A stretch of DNA of 64,000 nt, taken from the NCBI GenBank assembly GCA_944372215.1, contig CALVYL010000001.1:391-64390 (forward strand). Direction: 5' to 3'. Source of the stretch: an uncultured Bacilli bacterium. GTDB taxonomy: Bacteria > Bacillota_I > Bacilli_A > RF39 > UBA660. Every line of letters begins with the position of its first letter. Within the stretch, counting starts at the first letter, position 1. Under the pieces are notes generated by a model, which was given only the letters and a program-made list of their open reading frames with translations, did no database searches and was not told the DNA's origin. Shown piece by piece: positions 1 to 12,115 of this stretch. Made by a program: the position numbers and the translations under genes.

Positions 1-1357
1 AGCTACTTCCTACTTCTGTATTGTAATATTGTTTTGCTGTATTTGTTCGACTATAAGACATTCCTCCAACTTTGTATGCGTGCGTTGCTATTTTGTTTTG
101 CCATGTACTACTTAGTGTTCCTAAAAATGTACTATTTAATGTTGTTCTTATATCTGGTTTGGTTGATGAATTCCATGTATTACTATTTCCACTGTCCCAA
201 GCATAATCTCCTATACTTGTGTTTTTGATTAATTTTACTTGATTTCCAAATACTCCTATTATTCTGTATAGGTTATCACTTGGGCAGCTTGCTGCATCTG
301 ACCCAAAACATACATAATTATTTGGATTTGCTCCCGCATATCTATAACTATTATCCGCTGCACTATTTGCTAAACTACTTTTATGATAATATAGTTTTGT
401 TGTATCTGTTCCATATGTATTATAAAAACTTGTTATACAACTTGCTAAATTATTTCCATTACTACATACATCTGCTAAGTATACTACATTTTCTGTTTCT
501 GCATTTATTGTATATACATTTGACTCTACTCCTGTTGTATCTCTTACATATACTCTTATGCTATAACTTTGTCCTGAACTTAGTCCACTAAATGTATAAC
601 TGTTACTACTTGAACTTGTATATGAACCATTATTTATTGAATAATAATATGTTTGGATTGCATTGGTTCCTCCACTTGCACTTACACTTACTGTTATTGA
701 ATCATTTGTTACATTTGTTGCTGTTACACTATTAACAACAGGATTTACATAGTTATCTGTTGTTACTTCTATTGTTTCTTCATTTGATTCATATCCAAGT
801 GTATCTTTTGCATACACTTGGATAGTATATTCATGATTATCTGTTAAATTACTAAATGTATATGAAGAAGATGTACTTTCCTGATAAGAGTTTCCTCCAT
901 CTATACTAAAGTAATATTTATCTACAGGATTTTCTCCTCCAGATGTGGTTACAGTTACAGTTATACTATTATAAGTTTTTGTTGATTCTACATTGCTTAT
1001 TTGTACTACATTGTACAAATCAAAATATACATAACAGGCATCTGATTTATTACTTAATAATTCAACTATTCCATTTTCTCTATCCCATCTTAGTTCTCCA
1101 CCATTTTCACATCTACTTAATTCACTATTAAAAGCATAATTTCCACTTGGCCAAGTATTAGATTTCGATTCTTGATATGAGCCATCACTTTGCTCTAACA
1201 TCAAAGTTAGAAATGAATTATTAATTATATTTTGGTTATTAGTATTATCACTTAATATAACATTATCATTACTTTTAAAAGTGATTGATAATGTTATAAT
1301 TAATGTTATTACAAATATACCACTTACCCCAATTAATACTTTTCTCTTTTTAGTCAT
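1..1357 (-). CDS. Signal-anchored surface protein, paralog A. It has Fn3-like repeats and a Cys/Trp/Tyr/Ser-rich C-terminal domain. Partial: the C-terminus runs off the window start.
   Basis: Minus-strand reading frame is open from the ATG at 1357-1355 (SD gaggtg 7 nt upstream) to the window edge. The N-terminus MTKKRKVLIGVSGIFVITLII is a signal anchor. Strong similarity to the 12662..14116 protein (NNSFLTLMLEQSDGSYQE, SDNLYRIIGVFGNQVKLI). It was not listed in the ORF track because the stop lies outside the window. Confidence 0.7.
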   Translation of the reverse strand, partial: MTKKRKVLIGVSGIFVITLIITLSITFKSNDNVILSDNTNNQNIINNSFLTLMLEQSDGSYQESKSNTWPSGNYAFNSELSRCENGGELRWDRENGIVELLSNKSDACYVYFDLYNVVQISNVESTKTYNSITVTVTTSGGENPVDKYYFSIDGGNSYQESTSSSYTFSNLTDNHEYTIQVYAKDTLGYESNEETIEVTTDNYVNPVVNSVTATNVTNDSITVSVSASGGTNAIQTYYYSINNGSYTSSSSNSYTFSGLSSGQSYSIRVYVRDTTGVESNVYTINAETENVVYLADVCSNGNNLASCITSFYNTYGTDTTKLYYHKSSLANSAADNSYRYAGANPNNYVCFGSDAASCPSDNLYRIIGVFGNQVKLIKNTSIGDYAWDSGNSNTWNSSTKPDIRTTLNSTFLGTLSSTWQNKIATHAYKVGGMSYSRTNTAKQYYNTEVGSS

Positions 1358-1370
1358 TTTCTTACACCTC

Positions 1371-1445
1371 TATAACTTATTTTAGGTTATCTAATATTAT
1401 TATAACTTATTTTAAGTTATAAAGCAATATTTTATTTTAAGTTAT
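1371..1445. promoter_or_regulatory. Three copies of a palindromic operator-like site, ATAACTT-N5-AAGTTAT. They lie in the divergent promoter region between Fn3 paralog A and the XRE gene.
   Basis: tataacttattttaggttat at 1371-1390. tataacttattttaagttat at 1401-1420 (perfect dyad). A partial copy ttattttaagttat ends near 1445. Spacing is about 30 bp. Confidence 0.6.
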
Positions 1446-1468
1446 GATATTTTATAAACGGTGATAAC

Positions 1469-1711
1469 ATGAACAGATTAAAAGAATTAAGAGAAGATAA
1501 AGATTTATACCAAAAAGATATAGCTAAAATACTTAATATGAGTCAAACTGGATATTCTCAATATGAAACTGAAACTAATGATATACCTACTAAAATATTA
1601 AAACAACTTGCAGAATTTTATAATACTAGTATTGATTATTTATTATATGAAACAGATGAAAGAAAACCTTATCCTAAATCTGTAATGAAAGAAGAAAAAG
1701 CAAAGAAATAA
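1469..1711 (+). CDS. XRE-family helix-turn-helix transcriptional regulator
   Basis: 80 aa. HTH_3-like segment LYQKDIAKILNMSQTGYSQYETETNDIP. SD ggtga sits 4 nt before the ATG. It is divergent from Fn3 paralog A. Confidence 0.7.
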   Translation: MNRLKELREDKDLYQKDIAKILNMSQTGYSQYETETNDIPTKILKQLAEFYNTSIDYLLYETDERKPYPKSVMKEEKAKK

Positions 1712-1712
1712 T

Positions 1713-1949
1713 ATGGAAATAAATGCAAACAAATATGAGCCTAAAGATATTATTAAAATAATGCGCGATTCTACTAATTTAACACAAAAAGAATTTGGCA
1801 AATTAGTTAATAAATCTGGCGAATGGGTAAAAGCTAATGAATCCGGTAAAACTAATTATTATTTTAAAGATTTAATTGACTTAGCTAAAAAATGTGATAT
1901 AAATAATTATAAGGCAAAAAAATTCTCGGAATTAAACGAGATTTTTTAA
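1713..1949 (+). CDS. Second small XRE-like HTH protein
   Basis: 78 aa. LTQKEFGKLVNKSGEWVKANESGK resembles an XRE HTH. It follows the first XRE gene after a 1-nt gap. Confidence 0.5.
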   Translation: MEINANKYEPKDIIKIMRDSTNLTQKEFGKLVNKSGEWVKANESGKTNYYFKDLIDLAKKCDINNYKAKKFSELNEIF

Positions 1950-1968
1950 AATTTATTTAGCTTTATTG

Positions 1969-1997
1969 TTGACTAAAAGCAAATAATATGTTATTAT
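1969..1997 (+). promoter_or_regulatory. Sigma-A-type promoter (TTGACT-17-TATTAT) in front of a non-coding unit
   Basis: ttgact at 1969-1974, a 17-nt spacer, then tattat at 1992-1997. Confidence 0.5.
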
Positions 1998-2003
1998 TAT
2001 ATT

Positions 2004-2128
2004 GGTTGGAACCCATAAACCTTTCGAAGATTTGGGTCGTTATGGAAATTATTGTAATTTCCTTGGAAATGTCAGACGAAACATTCTGGCATATATAAAA
2101 ATGCTTAGTGTTTTCTAAGCGTTTTTTA
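2004..2128 (+). ncRNA. Candidate small RNA, about 125 nt, with three stem-loops
   Basis: Bounded by the promoter at 1969-1997 and an intrinsic terminator GCTTAG-N6-CTAAGC plus a T-run at 2103-2127. Internal perfect hairpin ggaaatta-ttg-taatttcc. No ORF of 60 aa or more. Only an 18-codon ORF is present, without an SD. Confidence 0.35.
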
Positions 2129-2138
2129 TTGACTTTAA

Positions 2139-2164
2139 ATTATTATTATTATTATTATTATATT
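2139..2164. repeat. (ATT)n microsatellite of about 8 units
   Basis: attattattattattattattat, read directly from the sequence. Intergenic. Confidence 0.9.
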
Positions 2165-2219
2165 GTTTGAAACCAAGTATGTAAAAGAACTTAAGACGAA
2201 ACTTAAGTTCTTTTATATT

Positions 2220-3341
2220 TTATAAATATTTTCTAAATGTTTTAAACTCTGGAGCATCTTCTAGATTAGTTTCTGCAAGTTCTTGAAATAATTTCTTTTG
2301 TTTTCTGTCTAGTTTAGTTGGAGTAATAATATTTATTACTGCATACATATTACCACGAGTTAAACTATTTGGTGTTTTTATTCCTTTACCCTTTAGTTTT
2401 AATTTAGTATAATTTTGAGTTCCTGGTTTAATTTCCAGAATTACATTACCATTAAGAGTTGGTATTTCTTTTTTAGCACCAAGAATAGCATCAGTAATAG
2501 TTACAGGAACCTCAAGATAAATATCTGCTCCATCTCTTTCAAATATTGGATGTTCTTTGATTTTAAATTCAATGAAAACATCGCCATTAGCACCACCATT
2601 TATACCAGCATTACCTTTACCTGATAAACGTAGTTGAAATCCTTCATCTACCCCTTCCGGAATAGTTACAGTTAAAGTTTTAGTTTTTTCAACTACACCT
2701 TTACCGCGGCATGCATCGCAAGTTTCACTAAAGCTTTTGCCTCGACCTTTACATTCCGGGCAAGTTTTTTGGGTTTGCATATATCCAAATATGGTTTGTT
2801 GTTGTTCAAGTATTCTACCTGATCCGCCGCAGGTATGGCAAGTTGATTCATTAAAACCACCTTTACCATGACATTTAGAACATTCAGTTGTTAGATTAAT
2901 TTTAACATCTTTTTCGCAACCGAAGGCCGCTTCTTCAAAGGAGAGGTTTAGAACTACTCGAATGTCTTTTCCTTTACTAGCTCTACTTGAATTACTACGA
3001 CCTCTATTACCACCGAAACCAAAACCAAAGCCTCCGAAAAGGTCTCCTAAAATGTCATCAAGGTCGATATCAACACCAGAGAATCCACCAAAACCAGAGC
3101 CGCCAGCTCCACCACCATTTTGGAAAGCCGCATGACCAAATTGATCATATTGTTTTCTCTTATTTGGATCAGATAAGACCGCATAGGCTTCCCCAATTTC
3201 TTTGAACTTTTCTTCAGCCCCAGGTTCTTTATTAACATCCGGGTGATACTCTTTAGCTAATTTACGAAAAGCTCTTTTTATTTCTTCATCAGTAGCATTT
3301 TTACTAACACCCAAGACTTCATAATAATCTTTTTTATTCAT
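2220..3341 (-). CDS. dnaJ: Molecular chaperone DnaJ
   Basis: J-domain with HPD (KEYHPDVNK). Gly/Phe-rich linker. Four CxxCxGxG zinc-finger repeats. Confidence 0.95.
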   Translation of the reverse strand: MNKKDYYEVLGVSKNATDEEIKRAFRKLAKEYHPDVNKEPGAEEKFKEIGEAYAVLSDPNKRKQYDQFGHAAFQNGGGAGGSGFGGFSGVDIDLDDILGDLFGGFGFGFGGNRGRSNSSRASKGKDIRVVLNLSFEEAAFGCEKDVKINLTTECSKCHGKGGFNESTCHTCGGSGRILEQQQTIFGYMQTQKTCPECKGRGKSFSETCDACRGKGVVEKTKTLTVTIPEGVDEGFQLRLSGKGNAGINGGANGDVFIEFKIKEHPIFERDGADIYLEVPVTITDAILGAKKEIPTLNGNVILEIKPGTQNYTKLKLKGKGIKTPNSLTRGNMYAVINIITPTKLDRKQKKLFQELAETNLEDAPEFKTFRKYL

Positions 3342-5142
3342 TATTTTTCACCTTCCCCATTACTAATTTTTCTAATTCTTCTAATTTTTCTTTAAATAGA
3401 CCAAAAGCATTTTTGATAAATTTCTTATCAGTTAAATCTATATTACATTTCTTTAGTATTTCAAGTGGATAATCACTACCACCAGAAGATAAAAATTCTA
3501 AATAATTTTTTCTCATTTCTTCATCGCCATTTAAAATGGAACTTGCAATTGATAAGGCTACAATTAAACCAGTGGCATATTTATAAACATAAAATGGGGT
3601 GTAAAAATGGGGAATTCTGGCCCATTCATATTTAATAGCTTCATCAACTACAATACTTTTACCAAAGTATTCTTTATTTAATTCATAATACATGTCACAT
3701 AAGATATCAGCAGTTAGGGTTTCTTTGTTTTCATACATAACATATGCTTTTGTTTCAAATTCCGCAAACATCACTTGACGATATATTGTTGTTCTTACCT
3801 TATCCAAGAAACTTGATAAATAATAGATTTTTTCTTCATCACTTTGGGCATTTTTAGAAAAATAATCATCAATTAATACTTCATTAACAGTTGAAGCAAT
3901 TTCAGCTAGGAAAATTGGATACCCGGCATTATTATACTCTTGTGCACTATCACTATAATAAGAATGCATTGCATGACCCAGTTCATGAGCCATAGTGGAA
4001 ACTGAATCAAAATTATTTTCATAATTTAGGGATACATAAGGATGAATGCCATAAGCTCCCCATTGATATGCTCCACTTCTTTTATATAAATTAGGATAAA
4101 CATCTATCCAACCATCAGTAAAACTTTTAGATAAATCACTAATATATTTACTACCCAATGGTTTTAAGGCATCAAGAACATATTTAACTCCTTCTTCATA
4201 AGGAATATTATCATTATTGTTTTTACCTAAATCAACATAGACATCATATAAATGAGCTCTATAACCTAAATATTTAGAACGAACTTTCATATATTTATGT
4301 AATAATGGAATAAAACGATGAATATCTTCAATGAATTCTTTATAAAACTCTACACTTATATTATCGGCATATAAACTTGATTCAAGATAAGAATTATAAC
4401 CTCTTACTTTACTATTAAAAGTATTTTCTTTAATTGAACCAATGTAACACTGTGCAATAGTATTAATAAACTTACCAAAGAAATCATACATGTTTTTAAA
4501 AGCATTCTTTCTAACATTACGATCTTTACTACTACAATATTTTATATAATTAGAATTATTAAGTTTTACTTTTTTACCAGATTCATCTTTAATATAACCT
4601 AGGTCAATATCAACATTATCTATTGCTGAAAATACATTTTCGGAAGTCCCCAATGAATTATTAGCTAAAGCTATTATTTTTTCTTCTTTTTCACTTAAAG
4701 TATATTTCTTATATCTAAAAATCTTTTCTAAAGCAAAAGCATATTTTTCTAATTCTTTATTTTCTTTAATATATTCTTTGATAGTTTCATAATCAAAATT
4801 TAATAATAATGGTCTTATAAATGATAATTTTATATTCATTTCTTCCATTAATTTATCAGCACTATCTTTATATATTTTTCCTTTAGCATCATTCATATCT
4901 TGATAAAAATATAGATAAGAATATACATATACTTTTTCTACTGTTTTATCTAATTCTTCATCGGTTTTTAAATACATTAGAAAGTTATTACTATTTTTAA
5001 GTATTTCATCCTTCATAGCTACGATTTTACCTATAAGCATATAACTTTTAGTAACTAATTCTTGATATTCTTCATCATCTTTAATTAAGTCCGTTAGATT
5101 CCATTTATAAATATCATCAATATCTTTTCTTAATTTTTCCAT
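3334..5142 (-). CDS. pepF: Oligoendopeptidase F (M3B family)
   Basis: 602 aa. HELGHAMH zinc motif. M3B-like length and context. It sits between dnaK and dnaJ. Confidence 0.85.
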   Translation of the reverse strand: MEKLRKDIDDIYKWNLTDLIKDDEEYQELVTKSYMLIGKIVAMKDEILKNSNNFLMYLKTDEELDKTVEKVYVYSYLYFYQDMNDAKGKIYKDSADKLMEEMNIKLSFIRPLLLNFDYETIKEYIKENKELEKYAFALEKIFRYKKYTLSEKEEKIIALANNSLGTSENVFSAIDNVDIDLGYIKDESGKKVKLNNSNYIKYCSSKDRNVRKNAFKNMYDFFGKFINTIAQCYIGSIKENTFNSKVRGYNSYLESSLYADNISVEFYKEFIEDIHRFIPLLHKYMKVRSKYLGYRAHLYDVYVDLGKNNNDNIPYEEGVKYVLDALKPLGSKYISDLSKSFTDGWIDVYPNLYKRSGAYQWGAYGIHPYVSLNYENNFDSVSTMAHELGHAMHSYYSDSAQEYNNAGYPIFLAEIASTVNEVLIDDYFSKNAQSDEEKIYYLSSFLDKVRTTIYRQVMFAEFETKAYVMYENKETLTADILCDMYYELNKEYFGKSIVVDEAIKYEWARIPHFYTPFYVYKYATGLIVALSIASSILNGDEEMRKNYLEFLSSGGSDYPLEILKKCNIDLTDKKFIKNAFGLFKEKLEELEKLVMGKVKNNE

Positions 5143-5185
5143 AAATCTCCCTAGTCTTTATAAAGGTTCTAGTTTCCTAGAACCT

Positions 5186-7012
<1,827 letters not shown>

Positions 7013-7034
7013 TTAATCATCCTTCCTTTTAATT

Positions 7035-7595
7035 TTATTCATTTACCTTAACCATAGCCACACGGATTACTTTATCTTTATAAGTGTATCCTTTTTGTAA
7101 TACCTCTATAACTACATTTGCCGGTAAATTTTCATCTTTTTCAGTTAGAACCGCTTCCATAATATTTGGATCAAATTCTAAACCTTGACAATCAATAGTT
7201 TTAACATCCATTGATTCTAGTATGCTAATTAAATTAGTATAAATCATTTTAAAGCCACTTAAGAACTTAGATAGTTCATCAGTTAAATCTCGATCATCTA
7301 ATTTAATAGCTCTTTCAAAATTATCAACTATGCTAAGTAATTTAATGACTAATTCTTCACCATCATACTTGCATATCTTATTTATTTCTTCATCATATCT
7401 ACGGCGCATGTTTTGCATTTCGGCACTAAGTCTTAATACTTTATCGTTGAGTTCACTTTTTTCTTTTTCTAATTTTTCAATTTCTTCTTTATCTTTGTTA
7501 TTTTTCTTTTTTACATTATTTTTCTTTTCTTTAACACTTTTAACCTTTATCTTTTCTTCCTCTTTTATTTCAGTATTTTCTGTATTATTTTCCAT
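7035..7595 (-). CDS. grpE: Nucleotide exchange factor GrpE
   Basis: Coiled-coil N-terminus with the GrpE C-terminal domain. The start was moved to the ATG at 7595, which has SD gaggtgg 5 nt upstream. Confidence 0.85.
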   Translation of the reverse strand: MENNTENTEIKEEEKIKVKSVKEKKNNVKKKNNKDKEEIEKLEKEKSELNDKVLRLSAEMQNMRRRYDEEINKICKYDGEELVIKLLSIVDNFERAIKLDDRDLTDELSKFLSGFKMIYTNLISILESMDVKTIDCQGLEFDPNIMEAVLTEKDENLPANVVIEVLQKGYTYKDKVIRVAMVKVNE

Positions 7596-8601
7596 CTTTT
7601 CCACCTCTTTTATCTAGTTTTTCATCAATATATTCTAGCAAACTTACTATTCTTTGATAATCCATACGTTTTGGTCCAATAACAGCAATGGTTCCTTCTT
7701 CACCATTAATATGATATTTTTTCCTAATAATAGTTACATTGGGATCAAATTCATTTTCATCACCAATAAATATTTTGATTTCATTTTCATCATTATCATT
7801 CTCGGCCACTTTTTCAATATATGCTTCATCATCAAATTTATTAGCAAGTCGCTTTAACTCAGAGATATCATTATATTCTGGCTGGTTAAATATATTATTT
7901 CTACCAGCAATATGGATACTGTTCCCCACTACAAAATCATTAAAAGCATCATAGAAAATATTATATACTGTTTCATATTGTTTAATTTGTCTTTTAATAA
8001 CTGGTTTAACATCTTCTTCAAGCCGAAGACTAACCTCGTCAATTGGTGTACCTACAAGCATCTTATTAATAATTTCGCTAGTTTTAATAATTTCTTTAAC
8101 ATCAATAGTATTATCAATTGAAAATACTTTGTTTTCGACATTTCCTTTATCAGTACAAACAATCGCCACTACTTGGTTTTCGTTAAGGGCAATTACACTT
8201 ACTTGTAACAAGTTATTATCTTTGCTATTCTTACCCAAAACTACACTGGTATAATTAGTTAAATCACTAATAATTTCCATGCATTTATTAATAGCATCAC
8301 TTAATTCTAACTCGCCATTAGCAAATATTTTTTGCAATTTCAACATATCGCTACCAGTAATTTTTTCCGCTTCCATCAAATGTTCAACATAATAGCGATA
8401 ACCAGCTTCACTAGGAACTCGACCAGAAGATACATGATTTTTCTCCAAATAGCCCAGTTCTTCTAAAACCGCCATTTCGTTACGTATTGTCGCACTTGAT
8501 AAATTAAATTTATCACATAATGCTTTAGAACCAACTGGTTTAGCAGTTTTAATAAATGTCTCGACGATCTCTTTTAATATACTATTTCTTCTTGCGTCCA
8601 T
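7585..8601 (-). CDS. hrcA: Heat-inducible transcription repressor HrcA
   Basis: Winged-helix N-terminus (ILKEIVETFIKTAKPVGSKAL) and an HrcA C-terminal domain. The start was placed at the internal ATG at 8601, which has a spaced SD agaagga. Confidence 0.9.
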   Translation of the reverse strand: MDARRNSILKEIVETFIKTAKPVGSKALCDKFNLSSATIRNEMAVLEELGYLEKNHVSSGRVPSEAGYRYYVEHLMEAEKITGSDMLKLQKIFANGELELSDAINKCMEIISDLTNYTSVVLGKNSKDNNLLQVSVIALNENQVVAIVCTDKGNVENKVFSIDNTIDVKEIIKTSEIINKMLVGTPIDEVSLRLEEDVKPVIKRQIKQYETVYNIFYDAFNDFVVGNSIHIAGRNNIFNQPEYNDISELKRLANKFDDEAYIEKVAENDNDENEIKIFIGDENEFDPNVTIIRKKYHINGEEGTIAVIGPKRMDYQRIVSLLEYIDEKLDKRGGKDGK

Positions 8602-8613
8602 AAACATCCTTCT

Positions 8614-8640
8614 TTAGCACTCTTTCTCTAACAGTGCTGA
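8614..8640 (-). promoter_or_regulatory. CIRCE operator (HrcA site) between the hrcA promoter and its start codon
   Basis: Minus-strand read tcagcactg-N9-gagtgctaa against the consensus TTAGCACTC-N9-GAGTGCTAA. The right half is perfect. Confidence 0.8.
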
Positions 8641-8644
8641 TTAT

Positions 8645-8687
8645 ATTATAATATTATGCTTAGCACTTGTCAATATATAACTGCTAA
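8645..8687 (-). promoter_or_regulatory. hrcA promoter (TTGACA-17-TATAAT) with a second CIRCE-like element overlapping the -35
   Basis: Minus strand: TTGACA (+8668-8673), 17 nt, TATAAT (+8645-8650). ttagcagtt-N10-aagtgctaa lies at about 8660-8687. Confidence 0.65.
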
Positions 8688-8728
8688 TTTTTGAAATTTT
8701 TTTGACAAGCAAAAAGCAAAGGATTTAT

Positions 8729-9154
8729 TTATCTTCCTTTGCCTCTATTTTCTTCGATTTCTTCAGTTAATTCCATAACATGAACTTTTTTTAGTTCCAT
8801 TTCCAAAACATATAACTTTTTTAAATATTTATCTATGAATTCTTTTTTTAAATATTCATGATATTTATAAAGCATAATATTTCTAATTCTATCTAATTCA
8901 GTATAAGCAGCAAGAACATCACCACTTGTAGTATCATCACTAGAAATTAAATCATAAATTATTTTTATTAATAAATTATATTTCTTAATTATTTTATCTT
9001 CTAAAATACTTGATACCATATCTTTATCTAAAACTGTTACTTTTTTGACCCTTTTATAACCTTTTTTAGGAGTAAAAGAGTAGCTTTTTTTCTCTTCATA
9101 TAACAATACTTTTTTTTCTTCATCATCATTTTTTAATATAAAACTACTCATCAT
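8729..9154 (-). CDS. Hypothetical protein (Lys/Glu-rich, 141 aa)
   Basis: ORF only. No recognisable motif. Confidence 0.4.
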   Translation of the reverse strand: MMSSFILKNDDEEKKVLLYEEKKSYSFTPKKGYKRVKKVTVLDKDMVSSILEDKIIKKYNLLIKIIYDLISSDDTTSGDVLAAYTELDRIRNIMLYKYHEYLKKEFIDKYLKKLYVLEMELKKVHVMELTEEIEENRGKGR

Positions 9155-9827
9155 TATCCTCCATTAAATCCGGTCTTAATTCCTTAGTTTTTTTTATTTG
9201 TTCTAGTTTTCTATATTCCGCAATATTTTGGTGGTGCCCACTTAATAAAATTTCGGGTACTTTTAAACCACGATATTCAGCGGGTTTAGTGTATTGAGGA
9301 TAATCTAGCAAATTATTATTAAATGATTCACTTAGTAATGATTCGGCATTTATTACCCCAGGAATAAGTCTAACAACACTATCGGTTATAGCCATCGCCG
9401 CAATTTCGCCCCCAGTTAAAATATAATCCCCAATACTAATAATTTCATCTACTACACTTTTAATCCGTTCATCAAAGCCCTCATAATGACCGCAGATAAT
9501 AATTAAATGTTTATATTCTCTTAATTCTTTCGCCTTTAATTCATTATAAGTGGCACCTTCAGGTGATAATAGCACAACATGGGAATCTTTTGTCCTAAGC
9601 GCATCAAGAGCTAAAAATATCGGTTCACACCTTAAAAGCATTCCGGCGCCTCCCCCGTAAGGGGTATCATCTACTTGTTTATTAGGCAAAGGTGAATATT
9701 TGCGAAAATTAATTATATTTATTTCTACTATTTTTTTAGCAATAGCTCTTTTAATTATCGATTCATTAAGAAAACCTTCAAAAAAATTAGGAAATAAAGT
9801 TAATATATCAATTTTTATAAATACCAC
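9144..9827 (-). CDS. trmD: tRNA (guanine37-N1)-methyltransferase TrmD
   Basis: IDILTLFP at the N-terminus. TPYGGGAGM SAM-binding motif. Confidence 0.9.
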   Translation of the reverse strand: MVFIKIDILTLFPNFFEGFLNESIIKRAIAKKIVEINIINFRKYSPLPNKQVDDTPYGGGAGMLLRCEPIFLALDALRTKDSHVVLLSPEGATYNELKAKELREYKHLIIICGHYEGFDERIKSVVDEIISIGDYILTGGEIAAMAITDSVVRLIPGVINAESLLSESFNNNLLDYPQYTKPAEYRGLKVPEILLSGHHQNIAEYRKLEQIKKTKELRPDLMEDNDE

Positions 9828-9862
9828 CTCGCTTGTATATATTATACTATTAAATTATGGTT

Positions 9863-10354
9863 TTACAAACATAAACTTTTACCATTATTGGTATAAATAG
9901 TTTTTGTATCACGATTAAATTCTTTAATATATTGATCAATTAAAGGAATTAAATATGTTTTATTATTATACTTTACTTTAATATAATTCATATTACTACT
10001 AGTATAAGTTTCTATAACATAACCTATATTATCATTATTATCCATGACTGTAGCTCCGATTAATTCTTCTAATATATATTCATCTTCTTGTAAATCTAAT
10101 TCACTTTTTTTAAAATAAACATTATAGCCAATATACTTAGTTATTAAATTTATATCATTAATATCATTCACTCTAATTAAATAATTATTTTTATGAATTC
10201 TAACACTAGTTATTTTTAAAGATTCATTATTTATTAAAATATAATTACCAATTTTAAATACTCTTTCTTTTTTATCAAAATCGCTTTTTACTTTTAATTC
10301 CCCTTTTATGCCAAAAAAATTAATTACTTTACCTACTATTACTAATTCTTCCAT
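9863..10354 (-). CDS. rimM: 16S rRNA processing protein RimM
   Basis: GKVINFFGIKGELKV PRC-barrel N-terminus. Position upstream of trmD. Confidence 0.8.
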   Translation of the reverse strand: MEELVIVGKVINFFGIKGELKVKSDFDKKERVFKIGNYILINNESLKITSVRIHKNNYLIRVNDINDINLITKYIGYNVYFKKSELDLQEDEYILEELIGATVMDNNDNIGYVIETYTSSNMNYIKVKYNNKTYLIPLIDQYIKEFNRDTKTIYTNNGKSLCL

Positions 10355-11057
10355 TATATACCTCGTACATCAAAATGCTTCCTGCAACTCCTACATTTAA
10401 TGATTCACAGGATTTATTCATATTTATATTTACTAAATAATCACTTATATTTTTAAGTTCAGGATTTACACCACTACCCTCATTACCTAAAATGATTGCA
10501 ATATTTTTATTAGTTATTTCTTTTATATTATTGCCACTGGATACATCAGTACTTATAATAGTATATCCTTTATTTTTTAAATTCCGAATAGCATCAATAA
10601 TATTAGTTCGCACAACATTAACATTAAAGATCATACCTTCTGTAGCTCTAATTACTTTGGGATTGTATAAATCAACCGATGTTTCACTTAAGATAATATC
10701 AGGAAAATCAAAGGCTACTGCGGAACGAATTAAAGTACCTAAATTACCCGGATCTTGAATATTATCTAAAATGATTACGTTACCAATAATTTCTTTTTGA
10801 GGAATATACTTTACCAAGGCTGCATTATTACTTATCGATAATTGATTACTTATTTTAGCCATAATTTCTTTGGTTACTAAATAATCTGCTGTGGGATCTG
10901 TTATGCTAATTTTAGCTAGTACTAACCCTCTTTTTTGGGCTTCATCGATTAAATGATCACCTTCAATTAAAAAACATTTAGCATTATCACGATTTTTCTT
11001 TAATTTCAAACTCGTCCAATATTTGACTTTATCATTATTCAAACTAGTAATCTTCAT
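10329..11057 (-). CDS. TrmH/SpoU-family RNA 2'-O-methyltransferase
   Basis: SpoU methylase motifs ILDNIQDPGNLGTLIRSA and LGNEGSGV. Confidence 0.75.
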   Translation of the reverse strand: MKITSLNNDKVKYWTSLKLKKNRDNAKCFLIEGDHLIDEAQKRGLVLAKISITDPTADYLVTKEIMAKISNQLSISNNAALVKYIPQKEIIGNVIILDNIQDPGNLGTLIRSAVAFDFPDIILSETSVDLYNPKVIRATEGMIFNVNVVRTNIIDAIRNLKNKGYTIISTDVSSGNNIKEITNKNIAIILGNEGSGVNPELKNISDYLVNINMNKSCESLNVGVAGSILMYEVYNGRISNSR

Positions 11058-11689
11058 TAATACCTCAGCTTCTTTCTTGCTTCTTTATAATTAGGATAAG
11101 CTTGTGCTACTAAAGCCCAGAAATTTTTACTATGGTTACCTTCAAAAAAATGACAAAGTTCATGAACTATAACATAATCTAGTAAAGGAATTTCTTTTTT
11201 TAATAATTCGGTATTTAAGGTAACAGTTTTTTTGGCAGTATTACAAACTCCCCACCTAGTTTTCATTTTGCGAAATTTTAAAGTAAACTCCGGCAAATGA
11301 GAAAAACATTTTTTGGCGATTTCCACCTCTTCCGTAAATATTCTTTTAACCTCACTATCATAAAACTTAGTTAATTCTTGCATATCTTTTACATAAACAT
11401 TTGTCCCATCAAAGGTAACACCGTCTTGATCTTTAAATTCAATATAATATTTTTTCCCTAAATACATAAATTTATCATTATCTTTAGCTTTATCCTTAGC
11501 TATTTCATACATTTTCAATATATCTTTTTCATTTTCTTTAATCAAACCCATAATACTTTTACTACTTAAATACATTGGTGCACTAACATAAACTTTTAAA
11601 TCTTCTTTAACCCGAAAATAAATATTTTTATTCCTTTTGCGAATTATTACAATTTCTAGTTCTAAGCCATCATTTGTCTTGTATATCAT
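11057..11689 (-). CDS. YgjP/DUF45-family metal-dependent hydrolase (HExxH)
   Basis: WGVCN...TLN then [24 protein letters not shown]. Confidence 0.75.
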   Translation of the reverse strand: MIYKTNDGLELEIVIIRKRNKNIYFRVKEDLKVYVSAPMYLSSKSIMGLIKENEKDILKMYEIAKDKAKDNDKFMYLGKKYYIEFKDQDGVTFDGTNVYVKDMQELTKFYDSEVKRIFTEEVEIAKKCFSHLPEFTLKFRKMKTRWGVCNTAKKTVTLNTELLKKEIPLLDYVIVHELCHFFEGNHSKNFWALVAQAYPNYKEARKKLRY

Positions 11690-12053
11690 TTTTCAATAAA
11701 TCCCTTATTTCTTCTAAAGTTTTAAGTTCAGCACTCTTAGTATCTTTCTTTTCTTCTTTCTTCTTTTTAGTAGTAAATCTATTAACAAATTTTACTACAA
11801 TAAATAAACAAAAAGCCACAATCAAAAAATCGATAACACTTTGAATAAAAGCCCCATACATAATACTAGTATCTTTAAAAGTAATTGATAAATTAGAAAA
11901 ATCAATGCCACCGAGGATTAAACCAATTATTGGGGTAAAAATATTATTAACTAAACTAGTTACGATTGATGAAAAAGCTCCACCGACGATAACTCCAACC
12001 GCTAGATCAAGGACATTACCCCGAGCAATAAATTTTTTAAATTCCTTTAACAT
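11670..12053 (-). CDS. mscL: Large-conductance mechanosensitive channel MscL
   Basis: [27 protein letters not shown]. The start was set at the internal ATG at 12053. The longer upstream extension follows a terminator directly with no SD. Confidence 0.9.
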   Translation of the reverse strand: MLKEFKKFIARGNVLDLAVGVIVGGAFSSIVTSLVNNIFTPIIGLILGGIDFSNLSITFKDTSIMYGAFIQSVIDFLIVAFCLFIVVKFVNRFTTKKKKEEKKDTKSAELKTLEEIRDLLKNDIQDK

Positions 12054-12115
12054 ATAATCACATCCGTAATTATTGTAACATAAAACCAATTAAAAAAATA
12101 GTTTAAAAAACTATT

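Noticed and set aside
34-1131. Three short plus-strand ORFs (34-228, 280-591, 943-1131)
   Set aside because: They lie antisense to the long minus-strand Fn3 paralog A frame, which is supported by homology to 12662-14116.
2139-2164. (ATT)8 microsatellite considered as a phase-variation switch
   Set aside because: It lies in a terminator-rich intergenic gap, not in a promoter spacer or coding region. No gene's expression would obviously depend on its length.
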